From: TPA_inf: Saccharomyces
Taxonomy: Eukaryota
Direction: 5' to 3'
Assembly (NCBI GenBank): GCA_000146045.2
Contig: BK006938.2
Span: forward strand, 448,001 to 512,000
Length of the DNA: 64,000 bases
The notes under the pieces were generated by a model. The model worked only from the letters and a program-made list of their open reading frames with translations. It searched no databases and was not told the origin of the DNA. How positions within the stretch are numbered: the stretch's first letter is position 1; every line of letters begins with the position of its first letter. Position numbers and translations under genes: made by a program. Shown piece by piece: positions 20,901 to 34,100 of this stretch.

Positions 20901-22424
20901 GTTGAACAGAGAAAGAAGCTGTCTATTGGTGTTGAACTAGTCGCCAAACCAGACTTATTATTATTCCTCGATGAACCTACATCAGGTTTGGATTCTCAAT
21001 CTTCATGGGCCATTATTCAATTATTAAGAAAGTTATCAAAAGCTGGCCAATCCATTCTTTGTACGATCCATCAACCTTCAGCTACTCTGTTCGAAGAGTT
21101 TGATAGATTACTACTTTTGAGGAAGGGTGGACAAACTGTTTATTTCGGAGATATTGGTAAGAACTCTGCCACCATTTTGAACTACTTTGAAAGGAATGGG
21201 GCAAGAAAATGTGATTCTAGTGAAAATCCTGCTGAATATATTTTAGAGGCTATTGGTGCCGGTGCCACAGCATCCGTCAAAGAAGACTGGCACGAAAAAT
21301 GGTTGAACTCTGTCGAGTTTGAACAAACAAAAGAAAAAGTACAGGATTTAATAAATGATTTATCGAAACAAGAAACTAAATCCGAAGTTGGAGACAAACC
21401 TTCCAAATATGCTACTTCTTATGCTTACCAGTTCAGATATGTTTTAATCAGAACCTCTACTTCATTTTGGAGAAGTCTGAATTACATCATGTCAAAGATG
21501 ATGCTAATGCTGGTTGGTGGTCTGTATATTGGTTTCACATTTTTCAATGTTGGTAAAAGTTATGTCGGCTTACAAAATGCGATGTTCGCGGCATTTATCT
21601 CTATTATCTTGTCTGCTCCTGCAATGAACCAAATCCAAGGACGTGCTATTGCCTCCAGAGAACTTTTTGAAGTTAGGGAATCCCAATCTAACATGTTTCA
21701 CTGGTCGCTGGTGTTGATCACTCAGTACTTGAGCGAACTTCCCTATCATTTATTTTTTTCGACAATTTTCTTTGTCTCATCGTATTTTCCATTAAGAATC
21801 TTCTTCGAAGCGTCAAGATCTGCGGTGTACTTTTTGAATTACTGCATTATGTTCCAGTTATACTATGTTGGTCTTGGCTTAATGATCCTATATATGTCAC
21901 CGAACCTTCCATCCGCTAATGTTATCTTAGGTTTGTGTCTGTCATTTATGCTTTCTTTCTGTGGTGTTACACAACCTGTCTCATTGATGCCTGGCTTCTG
22001 GACATTCATGTGGAAGGCTTCCCCATACACATATTTTGTTCAGAATCTGGTCGGAATTATGCTGCACAAAAAACCAGTCGTATGCAAAAAGAAAGAACTA
22101 AACTACTTCAACCCACCAAACGGCTCAACGTGTGGAGAGTACATGAAACCCTTTTTGGAAAAAGCTACTGGTTACATCGAAAATCCTGATGCTACGTCAG
22201 ATTGTGCATACTGTATTTACGAAGTTGGAGATAATTATTTGACACATATCAGCTCTAAGTATAGCTACTTGTGGAGAAATTTTGGAATATTTTGGATTTA
22301 CATTTTCTTCAATATCATTGCTATGGTTTGTGTGTATTACCTCTTCCATGTAAGACAATCTTCCTTCCTAAGCCCCGTATCTATACTCAATAAAATTAAA
22401 AACATAAGGAAAAAGAAGCAGTAA
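17919..22424 (+). CDS. SNQ2: PDR-family ABC transporter (NBD-TMD)2, 1501 aa
   Basis: Two nucleotide-binding domains: Walker A GRPGAGCSS and GESGAGKTT, ABC signatures VSGGERKRVSIAE and LNVEQRKKLSIG. Two 6-TM domains. Confidence 0.97.
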   Translation: MSNIKSTQDSSHNAVARSSSASFAASEESFTGITHDKDEQSDTPADKLTKMLTGPARDTASQISATVSEMAPDVVSKVESFADALSRHTTRSGAFNMDSDSDDGFDAHAIFESFVRDADEQGIHIRKAGVTIEDVSAKGVDASALEGATFGNILCLPLTIFKGIKAKRHQKMRQIISNVNALAEAGEMILVLGRPGAGCSSFLKVTAGEIDQFAGGVSGEVAYDGIPQEEMMKRYKADVIYNGELDVHFPYLTVKQTLDFAIACKTPALRVNNVSKKEYIASRRDLYATIFGLRHTYNTKVGNDFVRGVSGGERKRVSIAEALAAKGSIYCWDNATRGLDASTALEYAKAIRIMTNLLKSTAFVTIYQASENIYETFDKVTVLYSGKQIYFGLIHEAKPYFAKMGYLCPPRQATAEFLTALTDPNGFHLIKPGYENKVPRTAEEFETYWLNSPEFAQMKKDIAAYKEKVNTEKTKEVYDESMAQEKSKYTRKKSYYTVSYWEQVKLCTQRGFQRIYGNKSYTVINVCSAIIQSFITGSLFYNTPSSTSGAFSRGGVLYFALLYYSLMGLANISFEHRPILQKHKGYSLYHPSAEAIGSTLASFPFRMIGLTCFFIILFFLSGLHRTAGSFFTIYLFLTMCSEAINGLFEMVSSVCDTLSQANSISGILMMSISMYSTYMIQLPSMHPWFKWISYVLPIRYAFESMLNAEFHGRHMDCANTLVPSGGDYDNLSDDYKVCAFVGSKPGQSYVLGDDYLKNQFQYVYKHTWRNFGILWCFLLGYVVLKVIFTEYKRPVKGGGDALIFKKGSKRFIAHADEESPDNVNDIDAKEQFSSESSGANDEVFDDLEAKGVFIWKDVCFTIPYEGGKRMLLDNVSGYCIPGTMTALMGESGAGKTTLLNTLAQRNVGIITGDMLVNGRPIDASFERRTGYVQQQDIHIAELTVRESLQFSARMRRPQHLPDSEKMDYVEKIIRVLGMEEYAEALVGEVGCGLNVEQRKKLSIGVELVAKPDLLLFLDEPTSGLDSQSSWAIIQLLRKLSKAGQSILCTIHQPSATLFEEFDRLLLLRKGGQTVYFGDIGKNSATILNYFERNGARKCDSSENPAEYILEAIGAGATASVKEDWHEKWLNSVEFEQTKEKVQDLINDLSKQETKSEVGDKPSKYATSYAYQFRYVLIRTSTSFWRSLNYIMSKMMLMLVGGLYIGFTFFNVGKSYVGLQNAMFAAFISIILSAPAMNQIQGRAIASRELFEVRESQSNMFHWSLVLITQYLSELPYHLFFSTIFFVSSYFPLRIFFEASRSAVYFLNYCIMFQLYYVGLGLMILYMSPNLPSANVILGLCLSFMLSFCGVTQPVSLMPGFWTFMWKASPYTYFVQNLVGIMLHKKPVVCKKKELNYFNPPNGSTCGEYMKPFLEKATGYIENPDATSDCAYCIYEVGDNYLTHISSKYSYLWRNFGIFWIYIFFNIIAMVCVYYLFHVRQSSFLSPVSILNKIKNIRKKKQ

Positions 22425-23786
22425 TGTGGGCTTCAGATAACTTAACATTTTGTGCATTCATCTGCCTTTAATTCTTAATTCTCATTTTACACTATAGAAG
22501 AAGACACGAGTACATCTCGTTTCACTTTTATACTGACATTCATATAATTAACAATAAGTATAGTTTATAATAGATACAAAAAAAAAGTCTTGTATTACCA
22601 TGTTAATAGTTACATTGTGTATAACTCTCGTAGTTTTCAAAAGTCAAGTCTTGTTGAGTAAAAAAGTTTATTTTACCCTTGGGTTTCGACTCAAAATATT
22701 GGATTACGATCTAAGCAAGGTGTTGCAAGTACAAGCTAAACGAAAAGAATAAGACAAAAAAACTGAGGCTCCTCAAACTGGTCACCAAAATTGAACTTCA
22801 AATTTAGTGTTTCTACATTTTTTCTATTTTGTTTCATTTTTATATCCCTTTCATATGATTAACAAAACTTGGTAAATTATCTGGCCTGTCAACCCTTACC
22901 TGTCCTGTCCCTTCTTTAGACAAAAGAAAATAAAAAAATTGGACACAGGAAAACAACAGCCTCCATACCACAGTTTCTGTGTCTTATTCTATTTAGGAAG
23001 GTCATTCTATATTACTCAAAGGAAAGACATCCAGTAGAAACAATAGTGTTGCTAAACGGTTAACTTGCCCACTAATGTCTGCTTATATTTGCAAATCACT
23101 ATTGTGGCAAGTCATACCCTGGAGCTTTGTGATTGAACAACATATACTATATTGCAGCAGTATTTTTCAGAAATAATATTCGAAAGAAGTGAGAACAAGA
23201 AATGACCACGATAGATTACAGCTGACCAACTTAGAAAATGAGTAAACTTATTTTTGTCTTAAGAAGTGCATGCAGCGACCTCTCCCAATTACCAAATTGT
23301 AATTTTTTATTATTCTTTTTTTCTGCATAGTTCATTCGACAGCTTGGTTGAAAAGAGTGATAAAAATTTTCTGTTTTATGAAAAGTTTTCATAACTCTAT
23401 TAAGGGTTGCACTATAAGAACATTTCGCAATAAAGCAACCCTTATCCGGACCCTACATGTTCCGTAAGTCCTGCCTTATTTATCGTAACGGTATTCATCT
23501 TACAGGAATTTTTGAATATAGATAACGTTAGTTTTGATAGATTGGAACAAATGGGAAAATAACAATTTAGAAGCGCTTTCCTCAGCGTATCTGAATTATA
23601 AAACAACTGCGCATATTGCTAAGAACTGCACTGAAGGCATGAATTGTCTATTCCGTTAGAAATATAATTATTTACGAAAGCATCGCGCAGACGCAATTTT
23701 TTTAACATTTTTTTTTTTTCAAGTACTCTGGAAAAGTTTTCATGAAGATCATGAATACGTTACACTACTATTATTATTGAAAATAA

Positions 23787-24941
<1,155 letters not shown>

Positions 24942-25156
24942 AATTTATAGTATAGATCTTTAACTTTAATTTAAATATCTTTGTTACTAGTCTTTAATCA
25001 AACCTTTTTGTTTTCTTTAAAGTCGAAACGTCAGATTTGCTCAAAACCTTCTTGTCGTTACAACGCGAAAATTGTAATTTAAAATAACTAACGAAGAAAG
25101 CTGAAAAATAGATGTGAGGGAAAATCGTTTATAAACGGCCATGCTCACAGAGAATC

Positions 25157-25783
25157 ATGTATGGAGATTTAGGTAATAAATTAGTATTAGAAGCTAAAAG
25201 AACAAAACAGCTGTACGCAAGAAGTAATCAAGATGTTAATTTACCCATGTATCATGAAGATATAATACGAAATATTCTGAAAGAAGTTTCAAATTTACGT
25301 AAAAATACGGAATATCTTAAAGAACAGCAGCAACTAGGAATGCTAGATGATAAGGTGGCTAAATGCCAGTATTTCGTTACCTTGTTATGTATGGAAAGGA
25401 ACAAGAGATGTCTCTTAGCATACCAAAGGTTGAGAACAGACATACTAGATTCTATGGCTTGGAATAATAATGGTCTGGACTTGATGAGTAGCATTACGTT
25501 TAGCCAACAAGACACAAATAACCTTTCTCATCAAGAGCAGGAATATTTGAAAGAATACTGCGATTTAATTACTGATTTAAAAAGTGGTGACTTGGTCGAT
25601 ATTGATTTATCCGGCTCTTTAGTGCCTCCGAGCGATGTATTTATTGATGTTAGAGTGCTCAAAGATGCTGGTGAGATTCAAACTGAATACGGCGTGTTTA
25701 ACCTTATTAAAGACTCCCAGTTTTTCGTAAGGCAGTCTGATGTAGAGCGTTTGATTCAACAAGGTTATTTGCAGAAGATATGA
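25157..25783 (+). CDS. PSF1: GINS complex subunit Psf1, 208 aa
   Basis: Full ORF of 208 aa; GINS A-domain protein. Confidence 0.9.
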   Translation: MYGDLGNKLVLEAKRTKQLYARSNQDVNLPMYHEDIIRNILKEVSNLRKNTEYLKEQQQLGMLDDKVAKCQYFVTLLCMERNKRCLLAYQRLRTDILDSMAWNNNGLDLMSSITFSQQDTNNLSHQEQEYLKEYCDLITDLKSGDLVDIDLSGSLVPPSDVFIDVRVLKDAGEIQTEYGVFNLIKDSQFFVRQSDVERLIQQGYLQKI

Positions 25784-26045
25784 TAAAATGCTTTCAAGCT
25801 GGTCTTCATGATATATAATCCTTTATAAAGCAAGATACATACCTCCATTCTAATTTACTCCCTTCTATGTTTACTTCAGCCCTTTTTAATAGATTTCGTA
25901 AGTTTTGGTTGAGGAGGCTTTCTGAGCTTTACGCGACTTTATTGATGACGAAGCTTCACTTTATTATAATAATGAAAAACTGCGCAGAGAAACTATCGCA
26001 AAACGAAACCATCTTCTTACCCTAAAGCATCCTGTTTCTGAAAAA

Positions 26046-27989
26046 ATGAGAGCATATGGAAAGAGGGGCCCAGTTCTCAGAACTCCTTTTAGATCTAATA
26101 AAGGCTTGCCATCTTCTTCCGATGTTGAATTTAGTGATGACGATGTAAACTCCGTGATTCCTGATGTAAGTTCTACCATTTCGAGCAGTATTGCAGACCA
26201 CCCGATAGAGGGATTATTGGACGAGCCTAGAAAGGCTCAGGACAGCTCGTCGTCATTTGATGGTGCAAATGAGAAGCCCTCTTCACAACTGGACTCAAAA
26301 AGGAATGACCAAAACGTCAAAATTATCACTAGCAGTGATACCTCAATGGCATTTATGAAAGATGAAAAGTTAAGTGCCTTTAATTTCCTTGATGGTTCAA
26401 AGGCATCTAAGAGAAAAAGAAGAAGAACTTACCAAAAGCATGATGCGAACATAACGTCTTCAATTGAACCAGACGTACAAGATGAAGACAGCATTACAAT
26501 GCACAATGAATTTGAATCAATAAGGAAAATATACAATGACATCAATGAATTCATATTGAAGCTACCGAGAGCTGACGATGATATACTGAATAAAATGCTT
26601 GAAAATGAGATGAAGATGGACGACTCTATAGAGAATAATAGCATACGCACATCCAAAGACAAAAAATATGGCAAATTTAGAACAATATTAATAAACAAAA
26701 ATAAAGAAAATGAAATAATGGGAGAAGAGGTAGATCAGAAAGCTAACACCTTGTCCCTAAATAACGCTGACAACAGTAATGCTGAAAAAGAAGGATTAAC
26801 TTCAACAAATCACTACAACGAATTAAAAAATATGGGAGATACAATAAAATACCAGGATGATATTGAGTTTCTTCTGTCCAATTCTAAAAGTAATGACAAT
26901 ACTACGGTACCAATCAATGAATACTTTAAAAAACTTTTAAATTTATCCCTAATGATTATTAATGACGAAGAATTTTTTCAATATGCGAAAAGATATTTCA
27001 AAAAGGAAATAATTAAGCTTAGTTTTGCGCAATTTAGATCGGATTTTCCTGAATTAATCTTATTACAGGGTTATTTACTACATAAAGTTAGTGAATCACA
27101 ATCCGATTTCCCGCCAAGCTTTGACAATTTCTCTATCGAATTAAGTAAAGATGATGGTAAAATACGGACAAAAAAGAATAAGCATATTAAAAAACTCTCA
27201 CACCTAAATTTCGAAGACTTTCTTCGGAAGACTCAATTCAAAACGGGACTTTATTATTCATTATCACTCTGGGAAATGCATGGTAATTTATCGTTAGATA
27301 TAATCAAGAGAATCTCCATCCTTGCTTCAAATAAGGACTTATTCAGTCGGCACGTTAAGACTTTTATTCCTCTTTTAGAAAAATTAATAACCGCTTCCGA
27401 ATTTTGCCACATGTATATTGAACAACCTGAAATGTTCGATTCACTGATAAGCAACTTGAATAATCAGTTTAAGGATATGCTTGATGATGACTCGTTGATT
27501 AAAATCCTAATCTTGTTAACAAACATGGAAGTACATAACTATACGCTATGGAAAGAGGCAGATATGATATTTCAAAGTTCAATGAACACAATTTTGGAAA
27601 GCATACATCCATTGACAGACGCGAAAGTTGATAACATACTCTTGCATTTAGGGCTCTGCCTCAATATTTGCAGTAGAGAAAATAGTCGTTTAAAACTTGA
27701 CGGCAAATTATGGTATGATATGAAAACTATATTTGTTAAAATGATCCGTGACGGTTCTGACACTGAAAATAGGTTAGTACAGGGCCTGTTTTACTTAAAT
27801 TTTTCATTTTTAATTAAACAACGGAAAGAAAATAGTAATTTAGACCCAGGGGAGCTCAATTTGTTACTAGTAGAGCTGGAAGCATTTAAATCGGAAACAT
27901 CTCAATTTAATGAAGGTATTTCAAATAAAATCGAAATAGCGTTAAATTACCTAAAATCAATATACACGAGTGAAAGAATTACAATATAA
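26046..27989 (+). CDS. RAD61: Wapl-like cohesin release factor, 647 aa
   Basis: Full 647-aa ORF at the YDR014W position. Acidic, Ser-rich N-terminus and helical C-terminal Wapl-like region. Confidence 0.88.
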   Translation: MRAYGKRGPVLRTPFRSNKGLPSSSDVEFSDDDVNSVIPDVSSTISSSIADHPIEGLLDEPRKAQDSSSSFDGANEKPSSQLDSKRNDQNVKIITSSDTSMAFMKDEKLSAFNFLDGSKASKRKRRRTYQKHDANITSSIEPDVQDEDSITMHNEFESIRKIYNDINEFILKLPRADDDILNKMLENEMKMDDSIENNSIRTSKDKKYGKFRTILINKNKENEIMGEEVDQKANTLSLNNADNSNAEKEGLTSTNHYNELKNMGDTIKYQDDIEFLLSNSKSNDNTTVPINEYFKKLLNLSLMIINDEEFFQYAKRYFKKEIIKLSFAQFRSDFPELILLQGYLLHKVSESQSDFPPSFDNFSIELSKDDGKIRTKKNKHIKKLSHLNFEDFLRKTQFKTGLYYSLSLWEMHGNLSLDIIKRISILASNKDLFSRHVKTFIPLLEKLITASEFCHMYIEQPEMFDSLISNLNNQFKDMLDDDSLIKILILLTNMEVHNYTLWKEADMIFQSSMNTILESIHPLTDAKVDNILLHLGLCLNICSRENSRLKLDGKLWYDMKTIFVKMIRDGSDTENRLVQGLFYLNFSFLIKQRKENSNLDPGELNLLLVELEAFKSETSQFNEGISNKIEIALNYLKSIYTSERITI

Positions 27990-29726
27990 AGAAAGCATAC
28001 ATTGAACATAGCCTGGCTTCATCTTCACCCTGCTGGCAACTATTGAAAAATTGTCCAGAATTTATTATGTTATCCTTAAATTAATGAATGCCATGCACTT
28101 GCTTAAATTTTGACATCGCTTTCAGTGCATTGAAGCTACCAGGATCTTTGATGAGCCTTCTAGCGTATTTTTTTGTATGCCTTATGGCGCTTTTAATATG
28201 TTCATCTACAATTTCTTTAAAATGTCAATGGTAGCTTACTTTTTAAGAGTTATACTCCTGACAATTTTTTTTCACGACATAAGTTTGGTGGAAAATAAAT
28301 GCAGTATTATTTAATTATTTAATTAATTTCCTTGACTGCACAATTCATCAGGAGCGTTATACAAATAAAAGAAATCATACTGTTTCATATTAAACACGAA
28401 TAAGAAATTCAGGTTGAATTACTTGGTGTGATTATTTATCATACGCATAATATCAAAATAACTAATCATAAAAAAATATGAGCAGGATCTCCGCACCTTT
28501 TAAAAAAGGTTGAAAGGGCTTAAAAAACTGAAAGACTAAAACCTTTTTTTCGAGGCATAGGAAGCCTAGAGTACTTCGGGTAGACGATATAACAATGCAA
28601 TAAAAATAGTATATTAATAAACATACGAAAAAAGGTTAATATATTCATTAATAATGTACTGATGGTAATTAATATACCGCAGAGTCTTGAAACTCGGCGG
28701 GTAAAAATTCTATATCCCATAAGGTCCATCAGGTGACTTTTTGTGATACTGTGTTATTGTTACTTTAAATTGGTTAATTATTCAATCAATTTCCAGTGAT
28801 ACAGTAGAAAACAAAGTCAAAGAATCGCAGTACCCGCTGGTCACGCCAAAAAAATAAAGCTTAATGTTCTTTTAGTCAACATATTCACTCAAAGATTGCA
28901 TGATCACCATCAGAATGTGTGAGTAGGTTAGGCTGAACGGCAGTAGGAGCAATTACGTATGTTAGTAAATGGAAGGAGACCAGCATTATGGTTTATCTTA
29001 TTTGGTCTTCCGTACACAAATAGTAGTGAATGTATGGTAAACATGCATGCGATGACTTAACTAAGGATTTACTGGTGTTGGATCAAATTTAATCTCTGCA
29101 TGTATAGGCTATTCAATAATCATGAGGCGTTAAAGGATAGTTTACTTATCATTTTTCCTTCTTGAAGCATTTTCCCAGAGCTGATAGATATATTGAAGTA
29201 GTACTTATATACCTTTCAACTGATGCATGTGAATGCCTGCTTGGAACATCGGGAATAAGAATTATAGTAACAATACCAATTTCTCCAGCGGATTTGTCTA
29301 TTTTCTTGGTACTTCATGCAAGGTGCATCCTTTTTCTCTTGAAATTCATTCTGAATGGCCATAACTGCCAATGTTCACCATTCCTAAAGACGACGTGTTT
29401 ATCACTCCTAGTTGCTTGGAAGTTAGACAACATGAGGAATAATAACCTCAAGAGATTAAAAAATGCAAGTAACTATATTACATATTTATTATGCACACTT
29501 TGCCTTGCCACTTGTGTAATAGACCTGGGTTCTTGCCGAGGTGATATGCTCTTTAATAAAAGATCACCTCAATTCAAGACTAAAAATGGCGAGGTATAAA
29601 TCTGCGTCGCTAACATGTACAATATTTTAATGTATACTCTCGCATATTTATATTTTCGTTTTTCACGGCTTTAATTAGCGTACGTGGTTTCTGATTTTTG
29701 CTTGAGTAATGCACTATTTATTAAGA

Positions 29727-29735
29727 TAGCCGCCC
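29727..29735. promoter_or_regulatory. URS1-like Ume6 site (TAGCCGCCC on plus = GGGCGGCTA on minus; core GGCGGC)
   Basis: 8/10 match to TCGGCGGCTA, about 65 bp upstream of the ATG of the meiosis-specific HED1. Confidence 0.6.
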
Positions 29736-29796
29736 AGGTTAAATTCTTGAATTACAACTACATGTCAGAGACGAACGAAAGAGAGAAATCAAGACG

Positions 29797-30285
29797 ATGC
29801 AACAAAGATCAAATAGGAGAAGCTGCTCCTATATACCACTCGGGGTACATAATAATGCCGAAAAGAGCTTGTGCACCGAAGTTGCTCCAGCAAGAAAGAA
29901 CAAAAGGTCTATTACGACTTCTCCCATAGTCAACATCAACGTTGTAGAAAGAAGACTGTTTAATTTGGAATTGGAAAAACAACAACTTCGTGCCAAAAAT
30001 CTGTCTGAGAACACAGGTGGCGGAAGCCCCAATGGGGGTGCTTATCTGGACGCCAAAAAAGGAGTAAGAGAACAAGATCAATACCAAGGAGGTCCCTCGA
30101 AAGAGCTTGACAGGCTACAACCACCACCTTCAATGAAGAAAAGCCCTCCAAGGAAGAAGAAGAGCCTAAAGGACTTGATATATGAAACGAACAAGACATT
30201 CTATCAGGTGGATTCTAACAAGGTTAAATATAAGGTAGGTCTATCCAAGAAACAGCTATTACCATCCAAAACGGTAGACAACTAA
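29797..30285 (+). CDS. HED1: Meiosis-specific Rad51 inhibitor, 162 aa
   Basis: Full ORF MQQRSNRRS... of 162 aa. Lies between RAD61 and DAD1 as YDR014W-A. Confidence 0.88.
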   Translation: MQQRSNRRSCSYIPLGVHNNAEKSLCTEVAPARKNKRSITTSPIVNINVVERRLFNLELEKQQLRAKNLSENTGGGSPNGGAYLDAKKGVREQDQYQGGPSKELDRLQPPPSMKKSPPRKKKSLKDLIYETNKTFYQVDSNKVKYKVGLSKKQLLPSKTVDN

Positions 30286-30473
30286 GTTCAAAGAGGAGAA
30301 CGTTTGAAAAAGAGTTCGGTGGCCCTCCACTTTTTTCAACGTGCAAAAGTTGTCCACAACTTACTTATCATTAGGCTAAAATTACAATTTATATCTTACG
30401 TATCCTTTATCTAATTTGCGACTGTAAACATAAATTTAGGATAATATTAGGAGAGACAGAGGGAACCGCAACT

Positions 30474-30758
30474 TTACTTCGTTTTCGATTGAGATAAAGT
30501 AGGTTGCTCGTCGATGGGCGCTTCGTCTGATAAACTTTCCAACCCATCATAAAGTGTTTTCCACAAATCAGAAACTGACTGGAATTCTCTTCCCACAGCT
30601 ATCGAGCTCTCCAATGATATATTGAGACCATTCAGACCATTCAAGATTGAATTCATAGTCTCATTGATCTCCTGCAATACTATATTCCTCTGCTCGATGA
30701 AGTATTTGTCAGTGGTTGATATCAACTTTTCTTCATCATTGGATGTACTAGCCATCAT
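30474..30758 (-). CDS. DAD1: DASH/Dam1 complex subunit Dad1, 94 aa
   Basis: ATG at 30758 gives MMASTSNDEE..., 94 aa. ORF track adds 6 upstream codons. Confidence 0.88.
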   Translation of the reverse strand: MMASTSNDEEKLISTTDKYFIEQRNIVLQEINETMNSILNGLNGLNISLESSIAVGREFQSVSDLWKTLYDGLESLSDEAPIDEQPTLSQSKTK

Positions 30759-31114
30759 ATGTACATATATCCTCACACGTCCGAGCTCTTCATCAGTCCT
30801 ATTCCTACGCTAATTACTACCTCCTCTTGTTAAAGGTGACTGTTTATTCCCTTTGTTATTTTCGCGGCCTTGACTTTTACCCGGAGGTGGCCCTTTCCGC
30901 TCAATGGTTCTAGTGATCGCCTATAACCGTGTAGTCATATTCATACACGTACAAATTCGTTTGTCTTTTCATATATATAGTTATATATGCTATGCTCGTT
31001 TGTGTATTTATTGGATTATGCAATCAAAATAATGATAGTTACGAATAGATAAATGCATTTACGGACTGAAATAAGCGCAGCTAAAAGAATATTCATTAGT
31101 TCTATCCTTTCTTT

Positions 31115-34100
31115 TCAATCACTAACTTGAGCATCGTCATTGTATCTTGGTTCAGCGTCGAAAATAAGCTCGTATTTTCTCCATTTTTGTCTTAGTTTAC
31201 TATTTGGATCATTATACATTTCTTCGTCTTCTTTGTCAAATTCATCTAACCAATCCCACTTACTGTTGAAGTTGATTTTCGAACCGGTGGCGGAGGTGAA
31301 ACTATTCGAATCTGCTTCTTCGCTAATCATATCATTCATCTCTACTTCATCGAAAATTAACGGCATATCAGAAGTCAGATAATTCCAGATTAATAACAGA
31401 TAAAACCTCAAGCTCTTCACACCTCGTAAGAACCCTTTATCTTCTATATTTGGCGATTTTGGGGGTATACGAAATTTATCCATACATTCCATTGCATCTT
31501 CTTTAGTAACACAACGTGCAAAATCGATCAAGTTGACTTTAACATTAGCAGCTTTTTTCCTTTTAGAATTTGATTTATTAGCATCTCCATCGTACATTAG
31601 TAATAAAGACGCGCCATATAGCCTGTAACCTTTCAAATTAAAAATTTCAGAATACAAAGTATCTAGTTGCTTGATCAACCTTGGAATTTGCCTGATTAAA
31701 CTTTCAATGGTCTTACCATCATACAAAAAACGTGCAAGTACCCTAGCAAATTGCCAACCAACCTTAACCCTTCTACCAAAGTATTTATCTCTTGTGATAT
31801 AATAATCTTTGTTCCAAACCTTTAATCCGCAGATTCTAACGCCTAAACGCCTAGAAGTGGTCTTTAAACACTTTGCACGCTGTGACAGTTGCTTGGCTCT
31901 TTTGGCGTCTACGCCATATTGTCTTGTCCCCATCTTTAGATCCAGTGCACAAGGCTTGTTCATGTTTCTTGTCAAATCTTCCAATAAGATAAATTTTGAA
32001 ACAATGGTGTGGGACGTCTCCTCAAACGTAATTGATTCAATATCATGATGACTATAGTCATTTGAAACATTATACGCCAATGACTTTATAATCATGTTTT
32101 TACCAGAGTCAAGATGGCAGCCGTGGTTATCCATATTTATAGTTTCGTTTCCCGTATCTTCATCCATATCAAAAACACCATCTTGTGCGTTGCTGATATA
32201 ATTCGGGGAGGTGGCAAATTCGCCATCATCTCTAGAATTGGTTGCAGTGAGAATGGGTGATAAAGAGTTGCAGAAAGAGTTTTTATGTTTTATTTGTTCG
32301 TTTTTGTGGAATTGCTTCAAATCCATTACTGAATGCGAGCCATCTAAAGCATTAGATATTTTTTCATGAAGCGATTTTTTCAAGAAAGGATCCTGCAAAT
32401 TCGGATTGACTTTCGAGTCATCCATCTGTAAACTCGCTTGTGACGATGAATCACCAAGAGTCTTCATAGACGTATTCGATGCATCATGGGACGAGGCTCT
32501 TGATTTTTGTGTTAAAAAAGATGGACTGGAACCCAAACGCGCATTATGGTTTCCCATTGTAGTCGTATTAGAGTTTCTTTTCCTTCTAAAACATTTCGGT
32601 GCAAATACTTCCCTTATGACTAGGTTCTTCAATTCAGTATTGATCATGGTGGACCCAGAATCGCGTCTTTTTAATTTATTTGTATTGCCACGCTCACCGA
32701 ACGAACATGAGTTATGAGAAGAGGAGGACGAAAAGTACGAATCATTCGGTGCCGAGTTTGGAGAATCGGAATATTTGTACCACAGAGATTCCGGTATAAT
32801 ATGCCTGTTATCATTTAATACAACCTCGGGCAACAAGGAAGGTTGGTTGGAACTTGACAGTGATCTTTTCACGTGTGGATGGACAGACTCAATTTCAGGA
32901 TGCTCTTTTTCAAGTACTTGTCTCGACGAATGTTCCAAGGGGAAGGAATGTATGTGTGTTAAGGGGGTCCCCGTGGGTTCTGTATTAAGCGCAATATCGT
33001 CGTTATTGTTATGATTGACTTCTATGTCTTTGTTTTCATTACTGGTATCATTTTTACCGTTGTTTTCTTGATCCAAATCGCTTAAAAAGTCATCTTTTGA
33101 CTGAAAATGTTGCCTAACATTCAGGACACCAATATAACGTGGCATGAATTGCAATAATTCTTTATGGCACAGCTCTATATTCTCATACCACCTGTTTTCT
33201 CTATTCACTAGAGCCTTACAAACCGCTCTCTTCGAAAATCTGAATATTGCAGTGTGACCTCCAACTCTATTCGTAAATGGTTTTAGTTCAACTGCTAGGG
33301 GATATTCCCTATGTTCATTATCACCTTCATCCTCTTCTTCGTCCGCTTGCTCGCCTTCTTTATCTTGTTCAAACGTATTGGGTTTTTCTTTAATTGATTC
33401 GCTATGTGGCACAAACTGTTGAGGTTTTTTTTCGTTACTACGATTGTTGACGTTTTCTTGCCTTAGGGATTGTGATAAAGTTGAATATGTCTTAACTTTG
33501 AAAGTATGTCGGTTATATGAACTAGGAAGTGTCGCTATACCAGAGGCACAATTTATGGTGGCAGGCTGAATAGTATCAATATCATTTTCCATTTTATCCT
33601 TTTCTTCATAACCAGAATCTGCTTTACTTTTGTGAGGATAGTATGTTGCAGAAGAAACAGGCTTTAACGTTAAGTCCTCCGATATTCCATGTAAGCTCTC
33701 CTGATAAGTGGACTTAGGCGAAATACATCCCTCATCAACATTCTGAATTGGCTTTAAAGAAGTCTGGTGGTGTAACACCTGTGGTTGGTGTGATTGTTGT
33801 TTTGCGATATCCTCACCAGAGCCTTGACCTGTCTCAGTAATATTATTTCTATGCGCCACGTGTTTATTGGGCTTAATTGCCGGCTCCTCGTGGTTAGATA
33901 AAATGAAACTTGACAATGAAGAGGACAAAGTATCTGGGTTATTCTTTTTTTCAGAAACTTGTAGTCCTTCTGGTACCGATTTGGGAGTTGCTTCTGACCT
34001 TGTTATTTTGTCCGCGCATGTCACGGACCCGCCATTATTGCTATCTACACCATTGTTGTTATCGGCTAAACATTCATCATCTCTAAAAATTCTTAAATAT

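Noticed and set aside
23401-23480. Rap1 sites in the RPL4B promoter
   Set aside because: Only imperfect ACCC-containing matches (GGACCCTACATG); cannot be called confidently without a PWM scan.
29809-30199. Minus-strand ORFs antisense to HED1 (YDR015C-like)
   Set aside because: Fully overlap HED1 on the opposite strand. Dubious.
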